64,000 bases of DNA from a virus. Where the stretch lies: IMG/VR virus record IMGVR_UViG_3300045988_126281; one strand, 5' to 3'. Numbering within the stretch: the first letter of the stretch is position 1; every line of letters begins with the position of its first letter. Below, one piece after another: positions 11,018-20,294 of the stretch. Made by a program: the position numbers and the translations under genes. Under the pieces are notes generated by a model that saw only the letters and a program-made list of their open reading frames with translations, was not told the origin of the DNA and made no database searches.

Positions 11018-13396
11018 TTATATTCTAATGCAAGAAAAGAAACCACGATTGGCAGTAGCAAAACCAACACCAGCACTAGAAAGAGAACAACCAAAACCAG
11101 CAGAACCGCCATCATGAGCACGACCACCAGCGAACAGCGTTTTTTTATCAGCATTATTATTCGTGTAATGATAATCACTTTTATAAGTAACCGATGTTGC
11201 TCCAATTGTAGCAGGAATTATCTCAGCTTTGTCACCAAACACAAATGTTTTAATATAACCGTAATCCTTTGATTCAGTTCCTCTTATTTCTTTATTTAAA
11301 ATATCATCATCAAATTTTGTGTTATCAGAAGTAGCATAAATAGTATTAGCAGAATTAGCATCTGGTTTTTGTAAGATAATTCCTTCAAGATTTTTACAAT
11401 AATCACCAAATAAGTTTTCAAGCCCTCTATATTTACAAGGTGTTAATGTAATAGCATTAATAGCATAAGAACCATCAATAACAATTGTTGGTATAGAAAA
11501 ATCTTTTACTCCGCTAAAATTACCAATATCATTAAGATAACCACAAGGAGTAATAGGATTATAATTATTAAATTTTACCCAAGCATTTGATTGAGAAAAA
11601 GTGGTTAATCCATTACCAAGACCTCCTTGATGATAACCATCACTTGTTAATTCTGCATTAAATGGGAGTTGACAATTAAAATTAGCATATTCTACATAAT
11701 AACACCAACAAAGAGCCTTATAAAAATCATAACAAAGAATCTCTTGATTATTAGCAGCATTAGCTATATATGTTCTCATAGTAATACGAGAAACATTTGT
11801 AACCGGTTTACCAAGATTACTTCTATAAGGTAGTGTGTCTAAATAACTGTCTAAAGAAGAATCATTGCTTCCACCTCTATAAGCAGTAGAAGTATTCATA
11901 ACAACACAAGCCTTAGGTGTATCAGCAATAGTTCTATCAAGTGTAATTCCCCAAGCACTAATAAGCAATCTTGGGACTTCAGTCCAAGTATTATCAACTT
12001 TTGTTAATGACATTCTAAACTGACGTTTATTACCGTTTTCAAATCCTTTATAATACCATACGTTTCCAGTATCAACACGTACATCTCCATCAGTTCCATC
12101 AAGTACAGAAGCAGAGCCATCAGCCTTTTTAGACCAATCGTTAGGGTCAAGATAATATTGAACTTTATTTCCTTTAGCAACGCAGCCCTTAAATGCAGAT
12201 TGAATAGGAAGAGTACGATGCATCGACATATTACCTATACGAGCACAGGCTGAATCAGCTACTGTAATATCCCATTCAATACCATAACTTATTTGGTCAA
12301 GAAAATTAACAGAAATAGTACCATCAGCATCAACATCAATTCCTGAGCCTATCTTTACAACACCTAACTTATCCTGTGCAGCTTTTGGCAAATCATCAAA
12401 AATAAGATTTCCATCAGCTCCTTTTTTAAGATATTGTCCGGCACTACCGCCTTCAGGCAAGATTACATTCTCACCCTCTTTAATTTTTGTTACGGTACCA
12501 TCAGTAGCAATATTATATTTTACTACATGTCCATTAGCAGTATTAATATTAGCCACTCCTCCATCAGTACTGTTCCATGTAGCTACACCATAACCATAAT
12601 CAATAGATACAAGTTGAGTTCCTGTATGTAATTGTTCTATATTAAATGCCTTTATCTCAGCAGAATCTCCAATCTCTAGATGAGTATATTCTTCAAGTTT
12701 ATCAATATCAACAGAAGCAAAACTTGAAGTTTCTCCTGTTTCAAATGAAACATCTTCTATTTTAAGAGCACCATTAACTACAAAAGTAACTGTACCGTTA
12801 AAATAATTACCAATACATTTAAGTCCGTTGTTATTTGTAACAATAACTGGAATCGATTGATTAGTAGAATATTTAGCAGTAACTTCAAGATTCTTTGCCT
12901 TAGATTCATCAGAATTATCGAGATATATTGTTTCATCTGCTCCACTTCCACCACCTTTATTTCCAATAGCTCTTGCGTACCATTCTGTAAATTCTCCTTC
13001 ACGAGAAAAATAATCCCATCTATATGGAGAATAATTATCATTAACTTCAGTAGTAGTTAAAGTAACATTAAAAATAGGAATACCTCCAATACCTTCAATA
13101 ACTTGAATAGTAACTTCAGCATTTGCTATATTATTAGGTAAGTCAGACATATTAACTTGACCTTGGAACATATCATTAAGAGAAATAGTTCCTGCATAAT
13201 AAGCATCATTAAGAGATTTAAAGAACTCTTCAGAAGTACCATTAACTTTAACATTATTTGGAATATCTCCTATAATTCCATCAGACTTACCTCTCATGGA
13301 TTTAAGATATTTCCAAAGAAATATTCTATCTTTTTTATCAAGTTGAGTTATTTTCTCAATTGTATCAAAAAGTTGTCTATCTTTTGCGTTATTCAT
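11018..13396 (-). CDS. DGR target protein: tail fibre or receptor-binding protein with C-terminal variable region
   Basis: 792-aa ORF. The VR lies in its last ~40 codons (...GGSAGFGCSLSSAGVGFATANRGFFSCIRI), the Gly/Ser/Ala-rich C-terminus typical of a C-type-lectin-fold DGR target. Confidence 0.8.
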   Translation of the reverse strand: MNNAKDRQLFDTIEKITQLDKKDRIFLWKYLKSMRGKSDGIIGDIPNNVKVNGTSEEFFKSLNDAYYAGTISLNDMFQGQVNMSDLPNNIANAEVTIQVIEGIGGIPIFNVTLTTTEVNDNYSPYRWDYFSREGEFTEWYARAIGNKGGGSGADETIYLDNSDESKAKNLEVTAKYSTNQSIPVIVTNNNGLKCIGNYFNGTVTFVVNGALKIEDVSFETGETSSFASVDIDKLEEYTHLEIGDSAEIKAFNIEQLHTGTQLVSIDYGYGVATWNSTDGGVANINTANGHVVKYNIATDGTVTKIKEGENVILPEGGSAGQYLKKGADGNLIFDDLPKAAQDKLGVVKIGSGIDVDADGTISVNFLDQISYGIEWDITVADSACARIGNMSMHRTLPIQSAFKGCVAKGNKVQYYLDPNDWSKKADGSASVLDGTDGDVRVDTGNVWYYKGFENGNKRQFRMSLTKVDNTWTEVPRLLISAWGITLDRTIADTPKACVVMNTSTAYRGGSNDSSLDSYLDTLPYRSNLGKPVTNVSRITMRTYIANAANNQEILCYDFYKALCWCYYVEYANFNCQLPFNAELTSDGYHQGGLGNGLTTFSQSNAWVKFNNYNPITPCGYLNDIGNFSGVKDFSIPTIVIDGSYAINAITLTPCKYRGLENLFGDYCKNLEGIILQKPDANSANTIYATSDNTKFDDDILNKEIRGTESKDYGYIKTFVFGDKAEIIPATIGATSVTYKSDYHYTNNNADKKTLFAGGRAHDGGSAGFGCSLSSAGVGFATANRGFFSCIRI
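11035..11136 (-). repeat. DGR variable repeat (VR) within the 3' end of the target gene
   Basis: Pairs with the TR at an offset of 180 nt; differences are restricted to TR adenines on the sense strand. Confidence 0.85.
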
Positions 13397-13477
13397 TGTT
13401 ATATAAAATTAAATAAAGGTAGCACTACCAAAATAAATATTTACTTTAATAGTACTACCTTAATCCGTATTGTTTAT

Positions 13478-14446
13478 TTATTTAGCAGTCCAAGAATCTG
13501 TAGAATCAACTATAACGTTTTGTGGTGTTGTACTACCAGATTCAAATGTAAGCATAGCAGGAGTAATATTAATTGCAGGTTCAATACCAGCTTGAATAAA
13601 TATAAGAACAATATAGGTACGATTATCTCCAATACCATATTCCATACTAACTTCGATAGCACTAATACTATCAGTAGTATTATTTGCAGGATAAGTTACA
13701 ATTCCTGTATCAGAATCTAATGACCAACCTGTATAAGATTTAACAATAGATAATGATGCATTATCGGTTGCATTAGCAGTAGAACCTGATGAATAAGTAA
13801 TTTTAACATTTACTAATTTATCAATGTTATAAGAAGTACTATCAGCTGTAACATTAATACGTTTAGCTAATCCACTATATCCAGCATGCCAACTAATAAA
13901 TTCTTTTTTAGTTATAATATTTTTATCTTGTTTCCAAGGAATATTTTGTCGAGTTGTAGATTTTCCATTATAAGTAATAGAAAGATTAATGCTGAATTTA
14001 GTAGTTTCTTCTGAAACGTTAGTTCCTTTACTTCCAACAGTTGCTTCACATTTTTTCTTATCTAATGTTACATCAGATGGTAGTGCATTAGTATTTTCCA
14101 TATGTTTATTAAATCCATCAGCAACAGTATCTTGAGTAAACTCTAATCTTCCAACTTCATCACCATCAGAAGTTTCGCGATATATTTGATAACCTTTAAA
14201 TTGAAGTTTCTTAGTTCCACCACCAGCAGAAAAATTAGGAGTAGTAACTTCGGTAATTACAGGATTATCATAAATATATTCGCCAGTTCCTTTAAACAAA
14301 CAAGTTAGTTTAGCAGTAGTTCCTTTAGCGTTAGTAAAAACAACTTCTTTAGTTGCATCATTTTTTCCTATATAAGCTTCAGGAGTAACTTGAACAACAG
14401 TTTCCCCAGAAGAACCGCTTGTTTTATCTAATATTACATTAGGCAT
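13478..14446 (-). CDS. BACON-domain tail-fibre paralog
   Basis: N-terminus (MPNVILDKTSGSSGETVVQVTPEAY...GYQIYRET) is paralogous to the 14467 and 16018 ORFs. C-terminus ITPAMLTFESGSTTPQNVIVDSTDSWTAK is BACON-like and shared with the 17557 ORF. Confidence 0.7.
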   Translation of the reverse strand: MPNVILDKTSGSSGETVVQVTPEAYIGKNDATKEVVFTNAKGTTAKLTCLFKGTGEYIYDNPVITEVTTPNFSAGGGTKKLQFKGYQIYRETSDGDEVGRLEFTQDTVADGFNKHMENTNALPSDVTLDKKKCEATVGSKGTNVSEETTKFSINLSITYNGKSTTRQNIPWKQDKNIITKKEFISWHAGYSGLAKRINVTADSTSYNIDKLVNVKITYSSGSTANATDNASLSIVKSYTGWSLDSDTGIVTYPANNTTDSISAIEVSMEYGIGDNRTYIVLIFIQAGIEPAINITPAMLTFESGSTTPQNVIVDSTDSWTAK

Positions 14447-14466
14447 TATTTTTTTTAATAATTAAT

Positions 14467-16014
14467 TTATTCAGGCTTAGTACTAACTATTTCAATATAA
14501 ATATCAGGAGTAGCTTGGTCTTTACTATAAAGTTTAATATTTTCTTCAGCACAAATAATTTCTGGATAATGAGCAATAAATTTAAGAATCTTATCTTCAG
14601 ATGGCATATAATCAGGGTCTAATGTGCCTCCATCAACTGTTGCATAAACATTAGAATTAACTGCGCCACCAGTATTTCCTTCCCAATTAGCAGTTAAAAA
14701 TCCAGCACTATGATAATAAAGCGTTGTAGGAAGAAGTTGTCCACTACCAATAGATTGGTTTAAATCACTAATCCTATCATTCATTCCAAGAATAAGAAGG
14801 CCTAAACCAACAAAATATTGTTGATACTGATAGCCAGTATCAAATGGGTCTAATGAAAGATTTATAGCTCCAGGAATTTTAACATATTGCTCTTTATTCA
14901 TTGTAGGAGCAATAGCGCCAACACATTCAAGTTTCTTAATAGAATGAGTAAGTATAGGATGCTCTCTATTTATATCTGAATCTTCAAATCCAGCAATAAA
15001 ATAATGCAAATAAATATCAAGATTTGACAAATTAACATCAGTATTATTTTTAATATAAAGATTGGCCATTTCAGTAGGATTCTGAATTATTTGCCAACTA
15101 TCAAATGAATCGACTTCAATGGTTTTAGCTTCAACAGAACTATTTTTAAATACAAGTTCAGTAGGTCTAACTGTCATATAAGACTCCTTACCTGCAATAG
15201 CAAAAGTAATAATCAATTGACTAATACTATCTGCAAGTTTAACTTGCATACCTTCTCTTGTATCAGTTGATAGATTTTCTTGCCAAGAAACTGTATTTTG
15301 AGAAAGATTAATAAATGAACCTGGTTTATGGACTGTCGTAGTACCATCAACTGTTATTTCATTAGAAGCGCCAGAAGTATAAATTTGTGCATATTGAATA
15401 CCTGTATTAATTTCATAACTACCAGCTTTAGGGCCAACTGTTTTATTAATAGCAGTACTCTTATCTCCAGTTTCAATAAATTTAATAAGAGTTTTAGATT
15501 TTATTTCATTAGCTTCTTGATAAACTTGAACAGAATCAGAAGTTACAGAAGCCTCATTAAGATTTATTGAAGCATAAACAGTAGCTTTTACTTTACGAGA
15601 AGCAAGAGTTGTTCCAAGATTATCTCCAGAAACACTGCCCGTAGAAGGGTCTGTTGCCCCATTAAAATTAACATTTCCTAAAGATCTAATAGAAGTATAA
15701 TCGAAAGTTAAACGACCTGCTTCAGCACCTCCAACAGTTTCTCTATAAATTTGATAACCTTCTATAGTAGGTAAAACATTTCCACCAGCTGCTGAAATAT
15801 CATTAGGATATTCAAATCTAGTTATAATTGGTGTATCATAAACAAATCTACCAGAACCTTTAAATATACATTGAAGCACGGCAGTTTTTCCTTTAGTAGT
15901 AGTAAAAGTTACAGTTTCTTGAACATCATTTTTACCATTATAACCATTTGGAGTTATATTAACATTAGTAACTCCAGATGTTCCACTTGTTTTATTTAAA
16001 ACAGCATTTTCCAT
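14467..16014 (-). CDS. BACON-domain tail-fibre paralog
   Basis: N-terminal ~100 aa align with the 13478 ORF (LNKTSGTSGVTNVNITPNGY...GYQIYRET); internal TVRPTELVFKNSSVEAKTIEVDSFDSWQI motif. Confidence 0.7.
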   Translation of the reverse strand: MENAVLNKTSGTSGVTNVNITPNGYNGKNDVQETVTFTTTKGKTAVLQCIFKGSGRFVYDTPIITRFEYPNDISAAGGNVLPTIEGYQIYRETVGGAEAGRLTFDYTSIRSLGNVNFNGATDPSTGSVSGDNLGTTLASRKVKATVYASINLNEASVTSDSVQVYQEANEIKSKTLIKFIETGDKSTAINKTVGPKAGSYEINTGIQYAQIYTSGASNEITVDGTTTVHKPGSFINLSQNTVSWQENLSTDTREGMQVKLADSISQLIITFAIAGKESYMTVRPTELVFKNSSVEAKTIEVDSFDSWQIIQNPTEMANLYIKNNTDVNLSNLDIYLHYFIAGFEDSDINREHPILTHSIKKLECVGAIAPTMNKEQYVKIPGAINLSLDPFDTGYQYQQYFVGLGLLILGMNDRISDLNQSIGSGQLLPTTLYYHSAGFLTANWEGNTGGAVNSNVYATVDGGTLDPDYMPSEDKILKFIAHYPEIICAEENIKLYSKDQATPDIYIEIVSTKPE

Positions 16015-16017
16015 ATA

Positions 16018-17547
16018 TTAACTATTAAGAAAGCCTTCATTTGTAGTTTCAACATTAATGTCATTTCCATTATATCTAGTAGGAGCCATATTAGAAAGAT
16101 AAGAACTTTGAAGAGTAAGATTACCTTCTTTTATATTTTCAATTGGGATAGCTTGTGAATAAGGAAGAACATCAATAGTTGTAGTTTCACCAGTAAAGTT
16201 TACATTAGCTTCTTTATCAATTTGTTTATAACCTTGAGTTCCAGTAGGAGTATAACTTACGCTAAGTTTTTCAATTCCGGTAATTGCTCTTTCTGGAAGA
16301 TTTGAAGCAGAATAAAGTTCTCCATATTGGTCTTTAAGGAAATATTCAACATATACGTATTTACCAATTACAGTTTCAGGGTCGTCACCATATCCTTTAA
16401 GTTTATCGACACATTTAACATTTCTATAAAGGGTTAGCATTGTAGTTTGACGTTCTTGAGTAACTTCAAATTCCCAAAAATCTGTACAAACAATTTTACC
16501 AGTTCTGTTATCAGTAGAATTATTTCTAGCAACAGAATAACTAATTTCATAATCTGTATTAATAGAAGATACTGTAGTAGGAGTAAGCCAAAAACTATCA
16601 GAACTAAATACAGTGACAGTATTAGTATAACATTTAAACGAATTAATAGTAGCTTCCCAACTAACTCTATTTCTTTCTGGAATAATAAACGACCAAGGTT
16701 CTGCAAGAGTGGAAGTAAAAATTACATCACCACTTATTATATCAATAGTTTGTTTAACAGTCGATGATAAGTTAGAACCCCAATCAGCTTGATATTGAGG
16801 AGAAGAAGTGTGTCCAGCTTGTATTGTAACATCTTCAGGTTCTCCATATTTATAAAAAGCAGGAACTGAATTTCCAGTATAAGTTATATTAATAGAAGAT
16901 GTTTCATTTTTAGTTACTGTAAATTCAATATATTTAGTTCCACTAATATCAGTTTTAAGAATACCAGATGCTTGATATTTTAAAAGACCATCTTTATCAG
17001 AAAGTCCAAGAATATATTCTTTTGGTTTAGCAACAGTACCTTCTGTAATATAAACTTGATATATAGCATCAGCTACATAATCCATATTAGAGCTTAAATA
17101 ATTTCCTTTACCCTCTATTTCAAGAGCATTTATTTCTTTATAGTCATAAAATCTAAAAGTATTTAAAGTTAAATCAATATCTGTAAATATATTAGAATTA
17201 AAACAAGCAGCAGTCGCTCCAGTTTCAGTAGTACTATGTTGTGGAACATAAGTTTTAGAATTAGATGCTTGAACCGAAAAAGATATATCTTTATCGGTTG
17301 TATTAGGAATTGTAAACCAATAAACGTAACCTGTTCTATCTGTCCTTTTATAATGAGGAGTAACAATATATGTTTGTTTTACTTTAGGAGTACAAGTAAC
17401 CAAGCATCGAGCAATTTTTCCTTTTGTATTTCTAAATACTAAAGTTTGCTGTTTTTCGCTTGTATATGCATCAGGAACAATAGTAATTGTTGTTGGAATT
17501 GTATTTCCTGATACAGGATTAACATTTAAAAACCCTATTTTACTCAT
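16018..17547 (-). CDS. Tail-fibre paralog
   Basis: N-terminus MSKIGFLNVNPVSGNTIPTTITIVPDAY resembles the neighbouring paralogs. Confidence 0.65.
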   Translation of the reverse strand: MSKIGFLNVNPVSGNTIPTTITIVPDAYTSEKQQTLVFRNTKGKIARCLVTCTPKVKQTYIVTPHYKRTDRTGYVYWFTIPNTTDKDISFSVQASNSKTYVPQHSTTETGATAACFNSNIFTDIDLTLNTFRFYDYKEINALEIEGKGNYLSSNMDYVADAIYQVYITEGTVAKPKEYILGLSDKDGLLKYQASGILKTDISGTKYIEFTVTKNETSSINITYTGNSVPAFYKYGEPEDVTIQAGHTSSPQYQADWGSNLSSTVKQTIDIISGDVIFTSTLAEPWSFIIPERNRVSWEATINSFKCYTNTVTVFSSDSFWLTPTTVSSINTDYEISYSVARNNSTDNRTGKIVCTDFWEFEVTQERQTTMLTLYRNVKCVDKLKGYGDDPETVIGKYVYVEYFLKDQYGELYSASNLPERAITGIEKLSVSYTPTGTQGYKQIDKEANVNFTGETTTIDVLPYSQAIPIENIKEGNLTLQSSYLSNMAPTRYNGNDINVETTNEGFLNS

Positions 17548-17556
17548 ATCTTAATT

Positions 17557-18906
17557 TTATTTAGCAGTCCAAGAATCACTACTATCAATAATTACATTTT
17601 GAGGAGTAGTAGATGTTGAATCAAAAATAAGAATAGTTGGAGTTATATTAATATAATTACTTTCAAGAGATATTTCAACAGTAGTTTCCTTAACTCCTCC
17701 ATAAGTAATTGTATATTCTTGGCTTACTGTGTCGTATCCATCTTTACTTACTTCAATAGTTCCTTTTATAGTATTATTAGAAGTATTTAAGAAATCAAAA
17801 GATTTACTTGATTGAATAACTCCATCAATTTTAATAATGGCATCTGAAGGATTTGCTCTGACTATAAGTTTATAAGTATCTACAATAAGTTGAATATTTT
17901 CAACTGTTTCTTTTGTTATAGTTCTAGCAAAAGTTTGAGTAATATATCCTCTTTTGGAAACTTTAACGTTAATAGAAGTTCCAGCAGCAACAGTTATTTG
18001 TTTTTGCTTAATTCCATTTATTTCAACTGTTGCATCGCTAGGTGTAGGATTAACTCTATAAGTAAATTTATCAGGAACAATTTCTTCAAGAACTACATCA
18101 ATTGTTCTATCTTCGTCAAGAACTAAATTATCTGATTTTGTTATATATCCGTCTTTAAGAACACTCCAATTAATAGTTGTTCCTTTAGGATAATTTTTAC
18201 TTACAGAACCAATAGAAGAAACATTATTAATAATAACAGTAGAATCAGATGGAGTAGGATTAATTGTAAGTGTGTTATAAACAACTACAATTCCTTCAAG
18301 AACAATATCAATATGTCTATCGGAAGTTATAGTAATATTGTTTGTATAAGGTTTATATCCAGAAGCCTTAGCTTCAACTTTAACGACAGTTCCTCTAGTA
18401 ACTGTAAGTTGTTTTGTTACAGTTCCATTAAGTTTAACAACTGCATCAGAAGGAGTAACTGTATCAACATATAAAGTAAATGTTTCAACAGCTTCTCTTT
18501 CAAGAGTAACTCTTAAAGTTTCATCATGAGTTAAAGTTTTAGAAGCAGTATAAGTTTCATATCCATCTTTTGAAACTTCAATATTAACAACTGTACCAGC
18601 TCTATCAGTTATTTCTTTTTGAGCAACTCCATTAATTAAAACAGTTGCATCACTAGGAATTGTAATTACTCTAAGAGTATAATATTGGCTTGGTGTAGGA
18701 CTACCTCCACCATAGCAAATTGGTTGCCAATATTCTCTATCATAAATATCAGTTCCTGCAGGAACTGGTTTTCTTGAAATAAAAGAGCGTAAAGTAGAAT
18801 CATCTTCTACATAAACGCAACAAAGTTCTTCATAACTAATTGTAGGGTCAAATTCCCCATTCATAGTTAGACAAACTTTACCTAAATCTTGTTTATAAAG
18901 TTCCAT
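17557..18906 (-). CDS. Structural protein with five tandem PEGA-like Ig repeats and a C-terminal BACON-like motif
   Basis: Repeats of ~65 aa, each with P[ST]SD[AS][TV]V.[IL][ND]G...G; the protein ends ...TTPQNVIIDSSDSWTAK. Confidence 0.7.
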   Translation of the reverse strand: MELYKQDLGKVCLTMNGEFDPTISYEELCCVYVEDDSTLRSFISRKPVPAGTDIYDREYWQPICYGGGSPTPSQYYTLRVITIPSDATVLINGVAQKEITDRAGTVVNIEVSKDGYETYTASKTLTHDETLRVTLEREAVETFTLYVDTVTPSDAVVKLNGTVTKQLTVTRGTVVKVEAKASGYKPYTNNITITSDRHIDIVLEGIVVVYNTLTINPTPSDSTVIINNVSSIGSVSKNYPKGTTINWSVLKDGYITKSDNLVLDEDRTIDVVLEEIVPDKFTYRVNPTPSDATVEINGIKQKQITVAAGTSINVKVSKRGYITQTFARTITKETVENIQLIVDTYKLIVRANPSDAIIKIDGVIQSSKSFDFLNTSNNTIKGTIEVSKDGYDTVSQEYTITYGGVKETTVEISLESNYINITPTILIFDSTSTTPQNVIIDSSDSWTAK

Positions 18907-18907
18907 A

Positions 18908-19414
18908 TTAATTATTATTGTTTTGAGTAATCAAATGAGCTTTATCGATTTCGCATTTACTTTTTTTAGAATTTTTATCTAAAAAATATTGATAAAGTTT
19001 ACCACTTTCAGTAACTCTAAATCGAGTATTAGTAACACAACTAACATCTCCATAAACATGTCCGTTTTCATCAATACGATAAAGTTTTCCTCCTAAATAA
19101 ATATTATTTTCAGTACCAGCATAAATAAGTTCAAGTTGAGCTTCAATATATTTTATTAAAGTTTCAGCTTCCTTATCTTTGCTAAGTTCTTTAGCTGCGA
19201 TAGCTGCTTGGAACATATTCCAACATTGAATAATACTTTTATTAGTTCCTTTACAAGTAGAATTACAATCTCTCAAAGCATCAAGACCAAAATCAGCTAA
19301 TAATGTAAGAAGTTTATGATAAATACAAACATATTCAGAAGGTATTTTAAGATACAAATATTGAGACTTTTCAAATTGTATCTCTTCTTTATTGGCATCT
19401 TTAATTTCAGGCAT
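18908..19414 (-). CDS. Hypothetical protein
   Basis: 168-aa ORF. Confidence 0.5.
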   Translation of the reverse strand: MPEIKDANKEEIQFEKSQYLYLKIPSEYVCIYHKLLTLLADFGLDALRDCNSTCKGTNKSIIQCWNMFQAAIAAKELSKDKEAETLIKYIEAQLELIYAGTENNIYLGGKLYRIDENGHVYGDVSCVTNTRFRVTESGKLYQYFLDKNSKKSKCEIDKAHLITQNNNN

Positions 19415-19637
19415 AACTTAATGCACTAATAAGGTGTTCAAGATTAGCACAACGCGATTTATTAAAAATATTATAATTTTCAACAGCATGTAAAGCAATA
19501 TTACTAAGCATATTATTAATATAATTACAATCAGAATTTATAAAACCTTTTTCTTGTTTTTTTCCAGAAATAATATTACCATTAATTACTATATCAGCGT
19601 AATTATTAATAAGAAGCGATTTAACATTATTTTCCAT
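19407..19637 (-). CDS. Small hypothetical protein
   Basis: 76-aa ORF overlapping both neighbours by a few nt. Confidence 0.35.
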   Translation of the reverse strand: MENNVKSLLINNYADIVINGNIISGKKQEKGFINSDCNYINNMLSNIALHAVENYNIFNKSRCANLEHLISALSYA

Positions 19638-20214
19638 CTTTAAGATACTTACTAGTCACTTCATTAATAAAATCAGTAGTACGAATTGTTATTTTATTAT
19701 GTATATTATATATTCTTTGTTCTTTAGTAGCAGATTCATCAAATATAATATTAGTAATATCTTCAATTATATTGTTTTTCCAATCAGAATTAATATAATC
19801 AACAACATGTTTATTATTATTAGAATAAAGTATTAATTCATTATAAAGAGAAGCAAATTCTCCATAGACAGTATGCTTTATATTATCAATTATATTACTT
19901 CTATTGCGATTAACATTATTTGATATAATAGTAAAAGTACTAAATTTAACTATTGAATATGCCATGCCTTTAAAGGCAGTTCTAATAGATGAAACACAAC
20001 GGTCATCTTCTTTTTCTATAATGCCCTTAGTAATATAAGTTAAAAAAGAATTAAGTTTATTAGCCGCATCAAGAAGTTCAGCATTAACTTTTATTGTCTT
20101 TCTGTTTGATTCTCGTTCTTTTTTATTATCGAGAATTTTAGTAATAACTAAATAACTAAATATAACTAAAGTTGGAAGCCAACCGTATTCAAAACCTTTA
20201 AAAAGCCATTCCAT
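19627..20214 (-). CDS. Hypothetical membrane-anchored protein
   Basis: 195 aa with N-terminal hydrophobic helix WLPTLVIFSYLVITKIL. Confidence 0.5.
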   Translation of the reverse strand: MEWLFKGFEYGWLPTLVIFSYLVITKILDNKKERESNRKTIKVNAELLDAANKLNSFLTYITKGIIEKEDDRCVSSIRTAFKGMAYSIVKFSTFTIISNNVNRNRSNIIDNIKHTVYGEFASLYNELILYSNNNKHVVDYINSDWKNNIIEDITNIIFDESATKEQRIYNIHNKITIRTTDFINEVTSKYLKDGK

Positions 20215-20222
20215 ATAACAAT

Positions 20223-20275
20223 AAAAAAGACTGATAATGCCATTAATAGTATAACTATTTTTGACAGTATCAGTC
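20223..20275 (-). terminator. Rho-independent terminator downstream of the 20295..21170 gene
   Basis: Inverted repeat gactgata / tatcagtc followed on the - sense strand by a U-run (+ strand aaaaaa at 20224..20229). Confidence 0.55.
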
Positions 20276-20294
20276 CTTTACTTAATCCGTATTG

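Noticed and set aside
13157-13720. 187-aa + strand ORF overlapping the ends of two - strand genes
   Set aside because: Antisense to the DGR target and BACON genes, low complexity, and it crosses an intergenic terminator
17557-18906. Possible second DGR variable region in the internally repetitive PEGA gene
   Set aside because: The repeats are ~65-aa protein-domain repeats with substitutions at all base types, and there is no similarity to the TR
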